From Alphaproteobacteria bacterium (GTDB taxonomy: Bacteria; Pseudomonadota; Alphaproteobacteria; UBA8317), in assembly GCA_038131935.1 (NCBI GenBank), contig JAYPQH010000014.1, forward strand, positions 1 through 58,239: a stretch of 58,239 nt of DNA. Direction: 5' to 3'. The first letter of the stretch is position 1, and each line of letters opens with the position of its first letter. Made by a program: the position numbers and the translations under genes. Below are positions 1-9,775 of the stretch, one piece after another. The notes beneath the pieces are model-generated. The model was not told the DNA's origin and searched no databases. It saw only the letters and a list, made by a program, of their open reading frames with translations.

Positions 1-521
1 TTGCCGAATACCATCAGATGAGGGCGCCCTTTAATTTTTTTAGGCGTGGTCAAGGGTTGCCCATTATTGGATTGTACAAAGGCAAATTCAGGATGAGCTT
101 CATAAATCCTGCCATTTGGGAGCGGGAGTAACGCATCAAGTTCGCGAATTTTGGGAAAAATATGGTAAGATTTGTTTTGATATTTTCTGGTGGGTTCGAT
201 GTTGCACAGCGCTTTGTCACAGGCATCTTTATAATCTGATTGGTAAACCGCCAAACGTGATGGGACAGAAAAGACGGAAGATTGTCTTGCGCCGAGATAA
301 CGACGAACCTCTCTATCGCATTGACGTCCTCCTGTTGTTGTCCAATGGGGAAGTCAATGGGCATATCAATGGCGGGAAATGCCATGAAAATCCCACAAAA
401 GGTCTTTGAGGTTTCTGCTAAAATGCCAAGTCGCTTGGGAAAAATTACCTCCCAAGACCCGGACAGCGCACCATCCTCCTCTGCAACCATCTATACCTTG
501 ATGCCATGCCAATTGGGTCAT
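1..521 (-). CDS. DUF429-family (predicted RNase H-like nuclease) protein; multiply frameshifted, runs off the window edge
   Basis: Manual minus-strand translation from the ATG at 521 (ATGA overlap with the upstream stop) gives MTQLAWHQGIDGCRGGW. Shifted frames then give AIDMPI, GGRQCDREVRRYLGARQSSVFSVPSR and IYEAHPEFAF, all DUF429 motifs. The ORF track shows only a mixed-frame fragment (50..490). Confidence 0.75.
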
Positions 522-1272
522 GAGGTATAGCTATCGAAACAGAGGTGGGGGCCTTTTTGCGAGTGGCTTAGTATGTCTTGGCTTTTTACAAATGCATGCT
601 GGAACGCGTCTGTTGCGGTGGAGCCGAGAAAAAGCATTTTGGTATAGACTGCTGAGAATACATCTCCCAATCCATGAGGTGCATTTGTTTGGAGTGGGGC
701 GGACATTCTCGCCAATATATCCTCCCCGTGGAGTAATTTGGCGACGACCTGTTTGTCTTCATGTTCCGATGTGAGTGCCACCTTGCAGTTATCATCGATA
801 TGCTCTTTGATCAGGTGATATTCAAATTCATTGGGTGTAACATGTTCTGCCAGGGGGATGAGTTTTTCGCAAAGAGCGTTGGCCGCTTCCTGAGGTATGT
901 AAAGGCCGGTATGGGTGTCTCCCATGACTGGGTCGCAGACGAATACATGATGGGGGTCTTGTTGCTTCCATTCTCGAATGAGATCTGCCACCATACAGAT
1001 TTGTTGATGGTCAGGAATATATCCTGTCAGAAGGAATCGAGAAGGTGCCGCATTTTGGCCCCAGAGGCTTGAGCGTAGCATTCGTGCAAAAGCTTGGGAT
1101 CAGTATTGGCGCGATGACATGAACCTAACCCGGGATGATGGTTGAGAAGAATTGTTGGCACCAAGCGAGCATGACCTATGACTGTACCAAGAGTTGGTAT
1201 GGCAGCGGACAACCCGACATGACCCATGCTAACCATGGATGATATGATTGTCATGAAACCTAAACTACTCAT
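518..1272 (-). CDS. Pyridoxal/pyridoxine kinase (PdxK/PdxY, ribokinase superfamily), split by a frameshift near 1080
   Basis: ORF 1027..1272 has SSMVSMGHVGLSAA and PTILLNHHPG. ORF 518..1081 has LTGY, VCDPVMGD, TPNEFE and HGLGDVFSA. Confidence 0.8.
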
Positions 1273-1446
1273 ATTGTTTCAAACCATCCTCTTCGTTTTG
1301 CTCTCAGCTGCATCAGCTGCCGATTTATCAAGGCTTGTCGTAACGACAATGGCGTTGCTATACGTTTGTTCCACCCATGCGCTGTTCCTGTGCTGAAGGT
1401 CAATCCAGATACGTTATTCCTGAAGATTTTTGATTGGAGTATTCCC

Positions 1447-2334
1447 ATGCAACAAGTGATACGTCCTCGTCGTACGATGCTTTATATGCCTGGTGCCAAC
1501 GCCCGCGCTATGGAAAAAGCGAGAAATCTTCCTGCCGATGGGCTCATTCTGGATCTTGAAGATGCAACAGCACCTGAGCGTAAAGATCAGGCACGCGAAC
1601 TTGTATGTGAAACGCTTAAAGGTGATCCATTTGGCCACCGTGAGGTTCTGGTACGGGTTAATGGGCTTGATACGGAATGGGGACGAAGAGATCTAGAGGC
1701 TTTGGCCCAATGCAGCTGCGATGGGGTATTGGTACCTAAAATTCATAAAGCTGAGGATGTCTTGGACGTTGTTGGGATATTAGAGCGTGCAGGAGCTCCA
1801 GCCGAACTTAGCGTTTGGTTGATGATGGAAACCCCATTGAGCATGCTTCATGCTGAAGCCATCGCAGGAAGTCATCAACGGCTAGCGGGGATGGTCATGG
1901 GCACCAATGATTTGGCAAAAGATCTTGGGGCGAGCCAGACACCATTGAGGTTGCCTATGATTACGGCGTTGGGGCTCTGCATGCTGGCCGCTCGGGCCCA
2001 TGGCTTAGCCATCATCGATGGTGTGTTTAACGATATTCACGATGCTGCAGGATTGCGTGAAAGCTGTGTTCAGGGGCTTGAAATGGGTTTTGATGGTAAG
2101 ACCGTCATACATCCCCAACAGCTACAGGTTGCCAATGAAGTTTATTCTCCAACAAAGGAGCAAATAGATTTGGCGCACAGGCAAATACAAGCTTATGAAG
2201 CTGCTATGCAACAGGGAAAGGCTGTGGCCGTTGTTGATAACAAAATAGTGGAAGGCTTGCATGTCGTTCATGCCAAAAGGGTGTTGGCGCTAGCTCAAGC
2301 CATCCAGCGACCTTCTGTTGATGCAGCATCGTAA
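1447..2334 (+). CDS. CitE/HpcH-family CoA-ester lyase, (3S)-malyl-CoA thioesterase (Mcl2)-like
   Basis: Motifs RPRRTMLYMPG, LDLEDA, VRVNGLDTEWG, MMET, MGTNDLAK and GFDGKTVIHP. GGAG RBS precedes the ATG at 1447. Confidence 0.85.
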   Translation: MQQVIRPRRTMLYMPGANARAMEKARNLPADGLILDLEDATAPERKDQARELVCETLKGDPFGHREVLVRVNGLDTEWGRRDLEALAQCSCDGVLVPKIHKAEDVLDVVGILERAGAPAELSVWLMMETPLSMLHAEAIAGSHQRLAGMVMGTNDLAKDLGASQTPLRLPMITALGLCMLAARAHGLAIIDGVFNDIHDAAGLRESCVQGLEMGFDGKTVIHPQQLQVANEVYSPTKEQIDLAHRQIQAYEAAMQQGKAVAVVDNKIVEGLHVVHAKRVLALAQAIQRPSVDAAS

Positions 2335-2478
2335 GTCGTCTCAATCTCTTCTGTTGAATAAAAACAAAAATTTTTGCTCGAATTTATACAGAACGCGACA
2401 TCTGAGCTCTAGGCAAGCAACTTGTTGCTATTGTACAAAACCAATCGAATGCTTTTTTGAATAAGGAAAGGTCCCCAA

Positions 2479-2871
2479 ATGGCTCACGCTCCAGAAAGAT
2501 CTCGGCCCCTGTCCCCCCACTTGCAAATTTACAAGCCCCAGATCACGTCAATTTTGTCTATCTTGCATCGTATCACCGGTGTCATAAATATGGGTGGTTT
2601 GTTGATCTTGGCAGCTTGGTTAATTGCAGCATCAATATCTGATAATGCGTACGCACAGATGCAATGGCTGATGGGAAGTCTCTTGGGCATGGCGGCACTG
2701 GTTGTGTGGTCTTGGACCGTGTTTTACCATTTATGTAACGGTATACGTCATCTGTTCTGGGACATGGGGAAAGGGTTCGAAATCGCACAAGTTACCAGGT
2801 CAGGACAAATTGTTCTTCTGGTTTCGGGTCTTCTGACGGTCATAACATGGGCTATAGCGGCACAAGGTTGA
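2479..2871 (+). CDS. sdhC: Succinate dehydrogenase cytochrome b556 subunit
   Basis: RPLSPHLQIYK, SILHRITG and HLCNGIRHLFWD; first gene of the sdh operon. Confidence 0.97.
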   Translation: MAHAPERSRPLSPHLQIYKPQITSILSILHRITGVINMGGLLILAAWLIAASISDNAYAQMQWLMGSLLGMAALVVWSWTVFYHLCNGIRHLFWDMGKGFEIAQVTRSGQIVLLVSGLLTVITWAIAAQG

Positions 2872-2878
2872 GGTAAAA

Positions 2879-3259
2879 ATGAGGGATTATCGTACACCTA
2901 CTGCCCGGGTAAAAGGGTTAGGTTCTGCGCATGAAGGAACCGGTCATTGGTTAAGTCAACGCTTCAGTGCTGTTGCCCTGGTGCCGCTTACTTTATGGCT
3001 TATGATTTCTTTGGCAAGCCATCTTGGCGACACGCGCGCTGAAATTCAGCAATGGCTTTCGAGCCCGTTGGTTGCTATTGTGTTTACCTTAGGTTTGATC
3101 GCAGCATTCTATCACGCGCGTTTGGGCATACAGGTTGTTATCGAAGACTATATTCATGATAAAGCCGCAAAAATCGTCATTTTGCTCGGTATGCAATTTA
3201 TGCTTTTGGCTTTTGGTGTTGGTGCGGTGTTTGCCGTGTGGAAAATGGCGCTAGGGTAA
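2879..3259 (+). CDS. sdhD: Succinate dehydrogenase membrane anchor subunit
   Basis: GLGSAHEGTGHW..QR and HARLGIQVVIEDYIH. Confidence 0.97.
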   Translation: MRDYRTPTARVKGLGSAHEGTGHWLSQRFSAVALVPLTLWLMISLASHLGDTRAEIQQWLSSPLVAIVFTLGLIAAFYHARLGIQVVIEDYIHDKAAKIVILLGMQFMLLAFGVGAVFAVWKMALG

Positions 3260-3286
3260 CCTACGGGGCGCTGAGGAGTATTGGTG

Positions 3287-5086
3287 ATGAGTGAAGTGAT
3301 GAAAAAATCCTATGAACTTATTGATCATGCCTACGACGTTGTCGTGGTAGGCGCGGGAGGTGCGGGTTTGCGTGCCACGCTTGGTGCTGCGGAAGCTGGG
3401 TTGAAAACAGCTTGTATCAGTAAGGTGTTCCCAACACGTTCACATACAGTGGCAGCTCAGGGTGGTATTTCTGCAGCGCTTGGTAACATGGGAGAGGATG
3501 ACTGGCGTTGGCATATGTATGATACAGTCAAAGGATCTGATTGGTTAGGTGATCAAGACGCCATCGAATATCTGTGTAAGCATGCCCCTGATGCTGTGTA
3601 TGAACTGGAGCATTATGGAGTGCCTTTCTCAAGAACAGAGGTGGGGAAAATTTATCAGCGTCCCTTTGGTGGGATGACAACGAATTACGGGGAAGGTACA
3701 GCTCAGCGCACCTGTGCGGCCGCTGATAGAACAGGTCATGCGATTATCCATACCCTTTATGGTCAAGCGTTACGGCATGGATCTGAATTTTTTATTGAAT
3801 ATTTTGTGATCGATCTTCTGATGGAAGATGGCGAGTGCCGTGGGGTGATTGCTCTTTGCATGGAAGATGGTTCCTTGCATCGATTCCGCGCCAAGATGAC
3901 CATGTTGGCGACGGGTGGTTACGGGCGTGCTTATTACTCCTGTACCTCCGCACATACCTGCACTGGTGATGGAACTGGAATGGTTGCAAGAGCAGGTTTG
4001 CCCTTACAAGATATGGAGTTCGTACAATTTCATCCTACCGGCATTTATGGTGCAGGGTGCCTTATCACGGAAGGATCGCGTGGTGAGGGCGGGTATCTTG
4101 TGAATGCTGAAGGTGAGCGGTTTATGGAAAGATACGCGCCCAATGCCAAGGATCTGGCATCTCGTGATGTGGTTAGCCGTGCAATGACCATCGAGATCAG
4201 AGAAGGACGTGGTGTCGGAAAACTTGCTGATCATGTCCATTTGCATTTGGATCATTTGGATCCTGCTGTTCTCCACCAAAGATTGCCTGGGATTTCAGAA
4301 TCTGCTCGGATTTTCGCTGGTGTAGACGTTACCAAAGCGCCCATACCTGTGTTGCCAACCGTGCACTATAATATGGGCGGTATTCCTACCAACTATCATG
4401 GTGAAGTGCTCAATCCTACTGCCGATAACCCTGATAACATCGTACCTGGGTTGATGGCCGTTGGCGAAGCTGCCTGTGTCTCCGTTCATGGGGCTAATCG
4501 GTTGGGTTCCAATTCATTGATTGACTTGGTTGTGTTCGGGCGTGCGGCTGGTCTGCGTGCTGCTGAAGTTGTTGACCCAGCATCAAATGTTGCACCCGTG
4601 ACGGCACAAGCAGAAGATGTTGCACTCTCCAGGCTTGATCGTTTCCGCTATGCCGATGGTGATACGCCTACATCTGAATTACGCCTGCAGATGCAGAGAA
4701 CAATGCAAAATAATTGCGCGGTATTCCGTTCTGGTGAGGTTCTTGAAGAGGGTAAAACTTTAATTTCTGAAGTTGTTGCTGGGGTTCCCCATGTGAAGGT
4801 TTCTGATAGATCTCTGATATGGAACACTGATCTCATGGAAACCTTGGAGTTTGATAACCTGCTTGTTCAATCTGTTGCCACCATGTTCTCAGCTGCGGAA
4901 CGGAAAGAAAGTCGTGGAGCCCACGCACGTGAGGATTATCCCGATCGCGATGATGAAAATTGGATGAAGCATACATTGGCCTGGGTGAATGACAAGGGTG
5001 AAGTCCGTTTGGATTTCCGTGAAGTGCATAATTATACCTTGTCTAACGAAGTAAGTTACATTGCGCCCAAAGCGCGTGTGTACTGA
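3287..5086 (+). CDS. sdhA: Succinate dehydrogenase flavoprotein subunit
   Basis: GAGGAG FAD motif, [10 protein letters not shown] (covalent-FAD His), [14 protein letters not shown] and [11 protein letters not shown]. Confidence 0.99.
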   Translation: MSEVMKKSYELIDHAYDVVVVGAGGAGLRATLGAAEAGLKTACISKVFPTRSHTVAAQGGISAALGNMGEDDWRWHMYDTVKGSDWLGDQDAIEYLCKHAPDAVYELEHYGVPFSRTEVGKIYQRPFGGMTTNYGEGTAQRTCAAADRTGHAIIHTLYGQALRHGSEFFIEYFVIDLLMEDGECRGVIALCMEDGSLHRFRAKMTMLATGGYGRAYYSCTSAHTCTGDGTGMVARAGLPLQDMEFVQFHPTGIYGAGCLITEGSRGEGGYLVNAEGERFMERYAPNAKDLASRDVVSRAMTIEIREGRGVGKLADHVHLHLDHLDPAVLHQRLPGISESARIFAGVDVTKAPIPVLPTVHYNMGGIPTNYHGEVLNPTADNPDNIVPGLMAVGEAACVSVHGANRLGSNSLIDLVVFGRAAGLRAAEVVDPASNVAPVTAQAEDVALSRLDRFRYADGDTPTSELRLQMQRTMQNNCAVFRSGEVLEEGKTLISEVVAGVPHVKVSDRSLIWNTDLMETLEFDNLLVQSVATMFSAAERKESRGAHAREDYPDRDDENWMKHTLAWVNDKGEVRLDFREVHNYTLSNEVSYIAPKARVY

Positions 5087-5098
5087 GGGGAATAAAAG

Positions 5099-5871
5099 AT
5101 GGTTGAATTTAATTTGCCAAAAAATTCTCAAGTGAAGCCTGGAAAGGTTTGGAACCAAGCTTCTGGAAATACAAGGGCATTCCAGGTTTACCGTTGGAAT
5201 CCTGATGATGAGGCTAACCCGCAACTTGATACCTATCATGTTGACTTGGATGATTGTGGTCCTATGGTCTTGGATGCACTCATCAAAATTAAAATGATAT
5301 TGACCCAACGCTTACATTCAGACGGTCTTGTCGTGAAGGTATATGCGGATCATGTGCAATGAATATCGATGGCACGAACACCTTGGCGTGCCTTAAGTCC
5401 ATCGATGATGTACGCGGTGCGGTCAAGATTTATCCTTTGCCACATATGCCTGTTGTCAAAGATTTGGTGCCTGACCTCACAAATTTTTACGCCCAGCACG
5501 CATCTATTGAGCCATGGCTTCAAACAACATCGCCAGCGCCGCAAGATGAATGGAAACAGTCTCCGGAAGAACGAGAGCTGCTTGATGGGCTTTATGAATG
5601 TGTACTTTGTGCATGTTGTTCAACATCCTGTCCAAGCTATTGGTGGAATGGTGACAAGTATCTTGGCCCAGCCGTTTTGTTGCAGGCTTACCGCTGGATC
5701 ATTGACAGCAGGGATGAGAACACAGGCGAACGTTTGGACCAGTTGGAAGATCCCTTCAGATTGTACCGTTGCCATACGATCATGAACTGCGCAAAGACAT
5801 GCCCTAAAGGATTAAATCCAGCGAAAGCAATTGCCGAAATCAAGAAAATGCTTGCAGAGCGGCATATGTGA
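5099..5871 (+). CDS. sdhB: Succinate dehydrogenase Fe-S subunit; single -1 frameshift in the A-run at 5291-5294, probably a sequencing error
   Basis: Adding one A restores [24 protein letters not shown] and joins ORFs 5099..5362 and 5359..5871. Downstream clusters [12 protein letters not shown] and [12 protein letters not shown] are intact. Confidence 0.95.
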
Positions 5872-5915
5872 ACATGAGACAGCCCCTACGCTGTAAGGGC
5901 TGTGATGAAAACATG

Positions 5916-5951
5916 AAACCCGGCCTATCTTGCAGATAAGCCGGTTTTTTT
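5916..5951. terminator. Probable bidirectional intrinsic terminator between convergent sdhB and the thioredoxin gene
   Basis: aaacCCGGCCTATC-ttgca-GATAAGCCGG-ttttttt. A second, weaker hairpin lies at ~5880-5902. Confidence 0.7.
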
Positions 5952-6528
5952 ATTTCGCAGCACGTCTCTCTGCAATCATGCGGGCATGGTATTTTTGAAA
6001 TGGCTCTTCGCCATTATAACCTCGGTCATGAACCCATTGGAACATATCTAAAACCATACCTTTAGAGAATGCACCTGGCATGATAGCCTTGGCTTGTGCC
6101 TGCAGATGGCGATCATCTCTCAATTCATCCATGGCTGGAAGAAAAATTATTGTTGGCGTGAACAGCGTTCCCCATTTGCGAACCATTTCTTTTTCAGGTC
6201 CCGTTTGGCCATCGAGATCAAGGACTTCTTTATCTCCAAACATATTGAGCTGTATCATCACATAATCACGGGTGATCGCATCACGTACTTGGTCTAGAGA
6301 AAGGACCTCCTCATGTAGTTTTTTGCAATAAATACAACCACGTTGTTCAATGATAATAGCAACACGTTTGTTTTGTTCCGCAGCTGTAGCGACATCATCC
6401 GCCAATTCCAAAAAGCTCTCCACGAACCATGGCTTGGTATGAAGCCCATCATCATTTAAGCTGGCAGACAAAACGAAGTTTGGGAAGCTTATGAGCAGCA
6501 TGATGGCGATAAAAAATCTGTGAAACAT
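5950..6528 (-). CDS. Exported thioredoxin-fold protein, SoxW-like
   Basis: N-terminal signal peptide, GLHTKPWF..SFLEL..D, EQRGCIYC (CxxC), FTPTIIF cis-Pro loop and MPGAF. Confidence 0.75.
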   Translation of the reverse strand: MFHRFFIAIMLLISFPNFVLSASLNDDGLHTKPWFVESFLELADDVATAAEQNKRVAIIIEQRGCIYCKKLHEEVLSLDQVRDAITRDYVMIQLNMFGDKEVLDLDGQTGPEKEMVRKWGTLFTPTIIFLPAMDELRDDRHLQAQAKAIMPGAFSKGMVLDMFQWVHDRGYNGEEPFQKYHARMIAERRAAK

Positions 6529-6676
6529 GAATATCCCTCCTTTGAAAATGATGCGTTATCTTTTTTGTAGATGATACTATGAAATTCCGCCCTCTGCATC
6601 AAAAAGGTTGCAATTGCGAAGCAAGCTATTGCTCGGTAACAACAGTCATCTCTTCTTAATGATCGGAGCGAGACAT

Positions 6677-7762
6677 ATGAATTCTGTGATGGCAGCTTAC
6701 CAACAAAAATTTATCAATGTCGCTGATAACGATTCAGGTCCACTCATAGAAGATCCTGGGCAACATGCTTTGGCGAAGCGGATGGATGAGCTTCTCGAAG
6801 CCTGTGAGAATGCCTCAAGTTCCAAAAGTTTGTGGTCGCGGTTTGTGAAAAAGCAGCCACCTTTGATAAAAGGGCTCTACATCCATGGCCCAGTTGGTCG
6901 AGGCAAGTCCATGATGATGAACTTACTTGTGTCGGTAGCCGGTACAGGGGTGCGTAGGCTACATTACGCGCAATGGACATCTCAACTTCATGCCCTCATG
7001 ACAGAGGCACGAGCACAAGGTTTAGATCCAGTGAAGCATGTTGTGCAAAAATTTTCCGAAGGCACAAGGCTGGTGTGCGTGGATGAATTAGAAATCAGAG
7101 ATATCACTGATGCCATGCTGTTATCTAGGGTAATGCAAGGTCTTTTTGAGGAAGGCCTTATTCTTGTTTCAACAAGCAATACCGCACCAGACGACCTCTA
7201 TAAGGATGGTTTGAACAGAGCACTTTTCTTGCCATTTGTTGAGGCTATCAAGCAGCATTGTGATGTGGTTACCCTCGATTATGGTGAAGATTACCGGCGC
7301 CGCCACTTAACTGAGGCGGGGGTCTGGCAGCAAAGGGTTTCAGAACAAGCAAATTCTTCCTATGAAGCATTATGGCAGGATTGGGCTAAGGTTCATGACG
7401 TCTCAGAACATGACTTATCTATTCAAGGGCGGACGCTTACAGTTACGCAAGCTGGACCAGCATTGCGCTGTCCCGCCCGGCGTTTGTTTCAAGAAAACCG
7501 AGGGTCTTCTGATTACACCGCGCTTGCCCGAGGAGGAAAGGTCCTATTTCTCGACGAACTCATGCCTTTTTCTATGCCAGATCAAGCAAGGCGGTTTGTA
7601 TTGGCAGTGGATGTCTTTTATGAGTTAGGACTTGTTTTGGTTGTTGATGCGCTTGTCCCCCCAGCAGATCTATTTCAAGATCAACAGAATTTGGGGTTTG
7701 CGCGAACATTATCACGATTGCAAGAGATGCAGTCTGAACAATGGGTTGCAAAACTGGGCTAA
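6677..7762 (+). CDS. zapE: AFG1/ZapE-family ATPase
   Basis: GLYIHGPVGRGKSMMM Walker A, CVDE Walker B, TSNTAPDDLYKDGLNRALFLPF, DYR and FARTLSRLQEMQS. Confidence 0.92.
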   Translation: MNSVMAAYQQKFINVADNDSGPLIEDPGQHALAKRMDELLEACENASSSKSLWSRFVKKQPPLIKGLYIHGPVGRGKSMMMNLLVSVAGTGVRRLHYAQWTSQLHALMTEARAQGLDPVKHVVQKFSEGTRLVCVDELEIRDITDAMLLSRVMQGLFEEGLILVSTSNTAPDDLYKDGLNRALFLPFVEAIKQHCDVVTLDYGEDYRRRHLTEAGVWQQRVSEQANSSYEALWQDWAKVHDVSEHDLSIQGRTLTVTQAGPALRCPARRLFQENRGSSDYTALARGGKVLFLDELMPFSMPDQARRFVLAVDVFYELGLVLVVDALVPPADLFQDQQNLGFARTLSRLQEMQSEQWVAKLG

Positions 7763-8630
7763 CCTTCGGTTCGGCTGGTACCTGAGGCGATGACCTTCCG
7801 CCTGATTTCGCGGGTTTCTCGAAAAAGTTTTTCTAGGCCATCTGCATCTTCAAAACGTATCATACGTTGAACGGCGACAAGGTCTTCCACAAAACGTGCC
7901 AGCATCTCCAAAACAGCTTCACGATTGTGTAAAAAGACGTCCCGCCACATAATAGGATCGGATCCAGCTAAACGTGTAAAACTATCAAAGCCACCAGCAG
8001 AATATTTGATCACCTCAGACGCGGTCACTTGCTCTAAGTGATCTGCGGTCCCAACGGTTGAAAAAGCCACAAGATGCGGAATATGGCTGGTAATGGCCAT
8101 AACCAAGTCATGGCGTTCGGCGTCCATGATTTCTACCAAAGAACCAAGTTGTGCCCATAAGTTACAAATAATGTCCACAGCTTCTTGATCGGCCGAAGGG
8201 GTGGGGAGACGATACACCATCTGTTTTCAAACAAATGTGCAAAGCCGTGTTCGGGGCCTGATTTTTCTGTACCGGCAATAGGATGCGCAGGGACGGGCCG
8301 TAAATCTTTGCGAAGTTGCTGAAAACTGTTCGCAACGCTGCTTTTTACAGAGCCAACATCAGACAGGATACATGCTATCGGCGCATGATCATTAATAAGT
8401 GGAACCAAATCAGCGAATGTTCCCACTGGCGTTGCCAGAATGATCAAATCAGCACTTTTGATGGCATCAGCAAACGCATCATGAACATAATGTCCCAGTT
8501 GATGTGCTCGCAAGGATGCTCTCACGTCACCTGTCGCATCATAAAGGTGCGTTGTATGGGGTGTTTTTTGTCGTATGGCACGGTCTAGTGATGATCCGAT
8601 TAGCCCGACACCGATGATGGCGATATTCAT
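7759..8630 (-). CDS. tyrC: Prephenate/arogenate (cyclohexadienyl) dehydrogenase; -1 frameshift in the G-run at 8203-8206
   Basis: IAIIGVGLIGSS, DVGSVK, HPIAGTEKSG, then HD..MAITSHIPHL and TRLAGSDPIMWRD. One extra C joins the two ORFs. ATGA overlap with hisC. Confidence 0.88.
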
Positions 8631-9718
8631 CCCTGAAGCCAAGATTCTAATACCTCGCAAACCAATTTCATATCCTCTGAAGTACCCATAGAGATACGCA
8701 AACCTTCTGGGATTCCATATCCGGCTATACGTCTTGTGATGATGCCATCTGAACGGAATCTTTCATCAAGATTTTGAGCTTGATCTGCATCGGCGAGTAA
8801 GACGGTGACAAAATTACCTCCTGAGGGGATATAGCGGAGCTGGTGTTCTGTCAAAAATTGGCAAAATTCATCCTTCGTACGATTGCTTGTTACAACTTGC
8901 TGGCGCCACCAGGACGTATCAGCAATTCCCGCTGCTGCAGCTGCAAGACCGACCGCAGATACATTGAAAGGTCCTCTTATCTTATTCAATGTGGTAACAA
9001 TATCGACTGATGCTGCGCCCCAGCCAACACGAAGTCCACCCAAGCCGTGGACTTTAGAACATGTGCCTGTCACAGCAACATTGGGATGACTTGTCACATA
9101 TTGATAACCAGGATCATAACGATCTTCAGCTTCCAAATATTCGGCATAGGCGCCATCAAGAACAAGGAGGATATGGGGGGGGAGTCGGTCGATGAGGTAT
9201 GCTATTTCGTCACGATCCAACCATGTGCCTGTAGGATTGTTGGGGTTTGCTAGAAACACCGCGGAGGTTTTTTCGTTAATGGCGTCCAATATGGATGAAA
9301 CATCAGCCCGAAAAGCCTTTTCTGCGACAGCAACAGGATGAACACCACCGCCAAGTGCATAAATATGATACATTGCAAATGCATGTGTGGTGTGAACAAT
9401 CTCGCTATCCGCAGGACAAAATCCCTTAATAAAAAGAGAAATGACTTCATCGGACCCCGCGCCACAGATGATTTGGTCTACTGGCAAGCCATAAGTTTTT
9501 GATATTGCTTGGCGTAATTCTAGATGACCTCCATCAGGGTATAGTTCTGGATGTTCCATAGCCCTAAGACCGGCGGCTTTTGCTGCTGGTGAGCAGCCAA
9601 AAGGAGATTCATTAGAGGAAAGCTTGATAACACGCTCCGTGTCTAATGTGCTGTCGCCACCTTTGTAAGGTTTGATTGATTGAATGGTCTCTAAAGTTAT
9701 GGGGCGTGTTGGTGTCAC
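8627..9718 (-). CDS. hisC: Histidinol-phosphate aminotransferase
   Basis: KLSSNESPFG, GAGSDE, ANPNNPTG, LDGAYAEY and SKVHGLGGLRVGW (PLP lysine); typical hisC-tyrC pairing. Confidence 0.92.
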   Translation of the reverse strand: MTPTRPITLETIQSIKPYKGGDSTLDTERVIKLSSNESPFGCSPAAKAAGLRAMEHPELYPDGGHLELRQAISKTYGLPVDQIICGAGSDEVISLFIKGFCPADSEIVHTTHAFAMYHIYALGGGVHPVAVAEKAFRADVSSILDAINEKTSAVFLANPNNPTGTWLDRDEIAYLIDRLPPHILLVLDGAYAEYLEAEDRYDPGYQYVTSHPNVAVTGTCSKVHGLGGLRVGWGAASVDIVTTLNKIRGPFNVSAVGLAAAAAGIADTSWWRQQVVTSNRTKDEFCQFLTEHQLRYIPSGGNFVTVLLADADQAQNLDERFRSDGIITRRIAGYGIPEGLRISMGTSEDMKLVCEVLESWLQG

Positions 9719-9775
9719 CCTAACCTCCTACAAAAACGTTAACGTGGAAAATGCCAATCTGTGTAACCCATGTCG

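Noticed and set aside
50-490. 146-aa hypothetical protein from the ORF track
   Set aside because: Mostly an off-frame reading of the frameshifted DUF429 gene.
5281-5300. Programmed ribosomal frameshifting or phase variation in sdhB (also tyrC and mscS)
   Set aside because: The runs are only 4 nt, with no canonical slippery heptamer or stimulatory structure seen. The same error type occurs throughout the contig.
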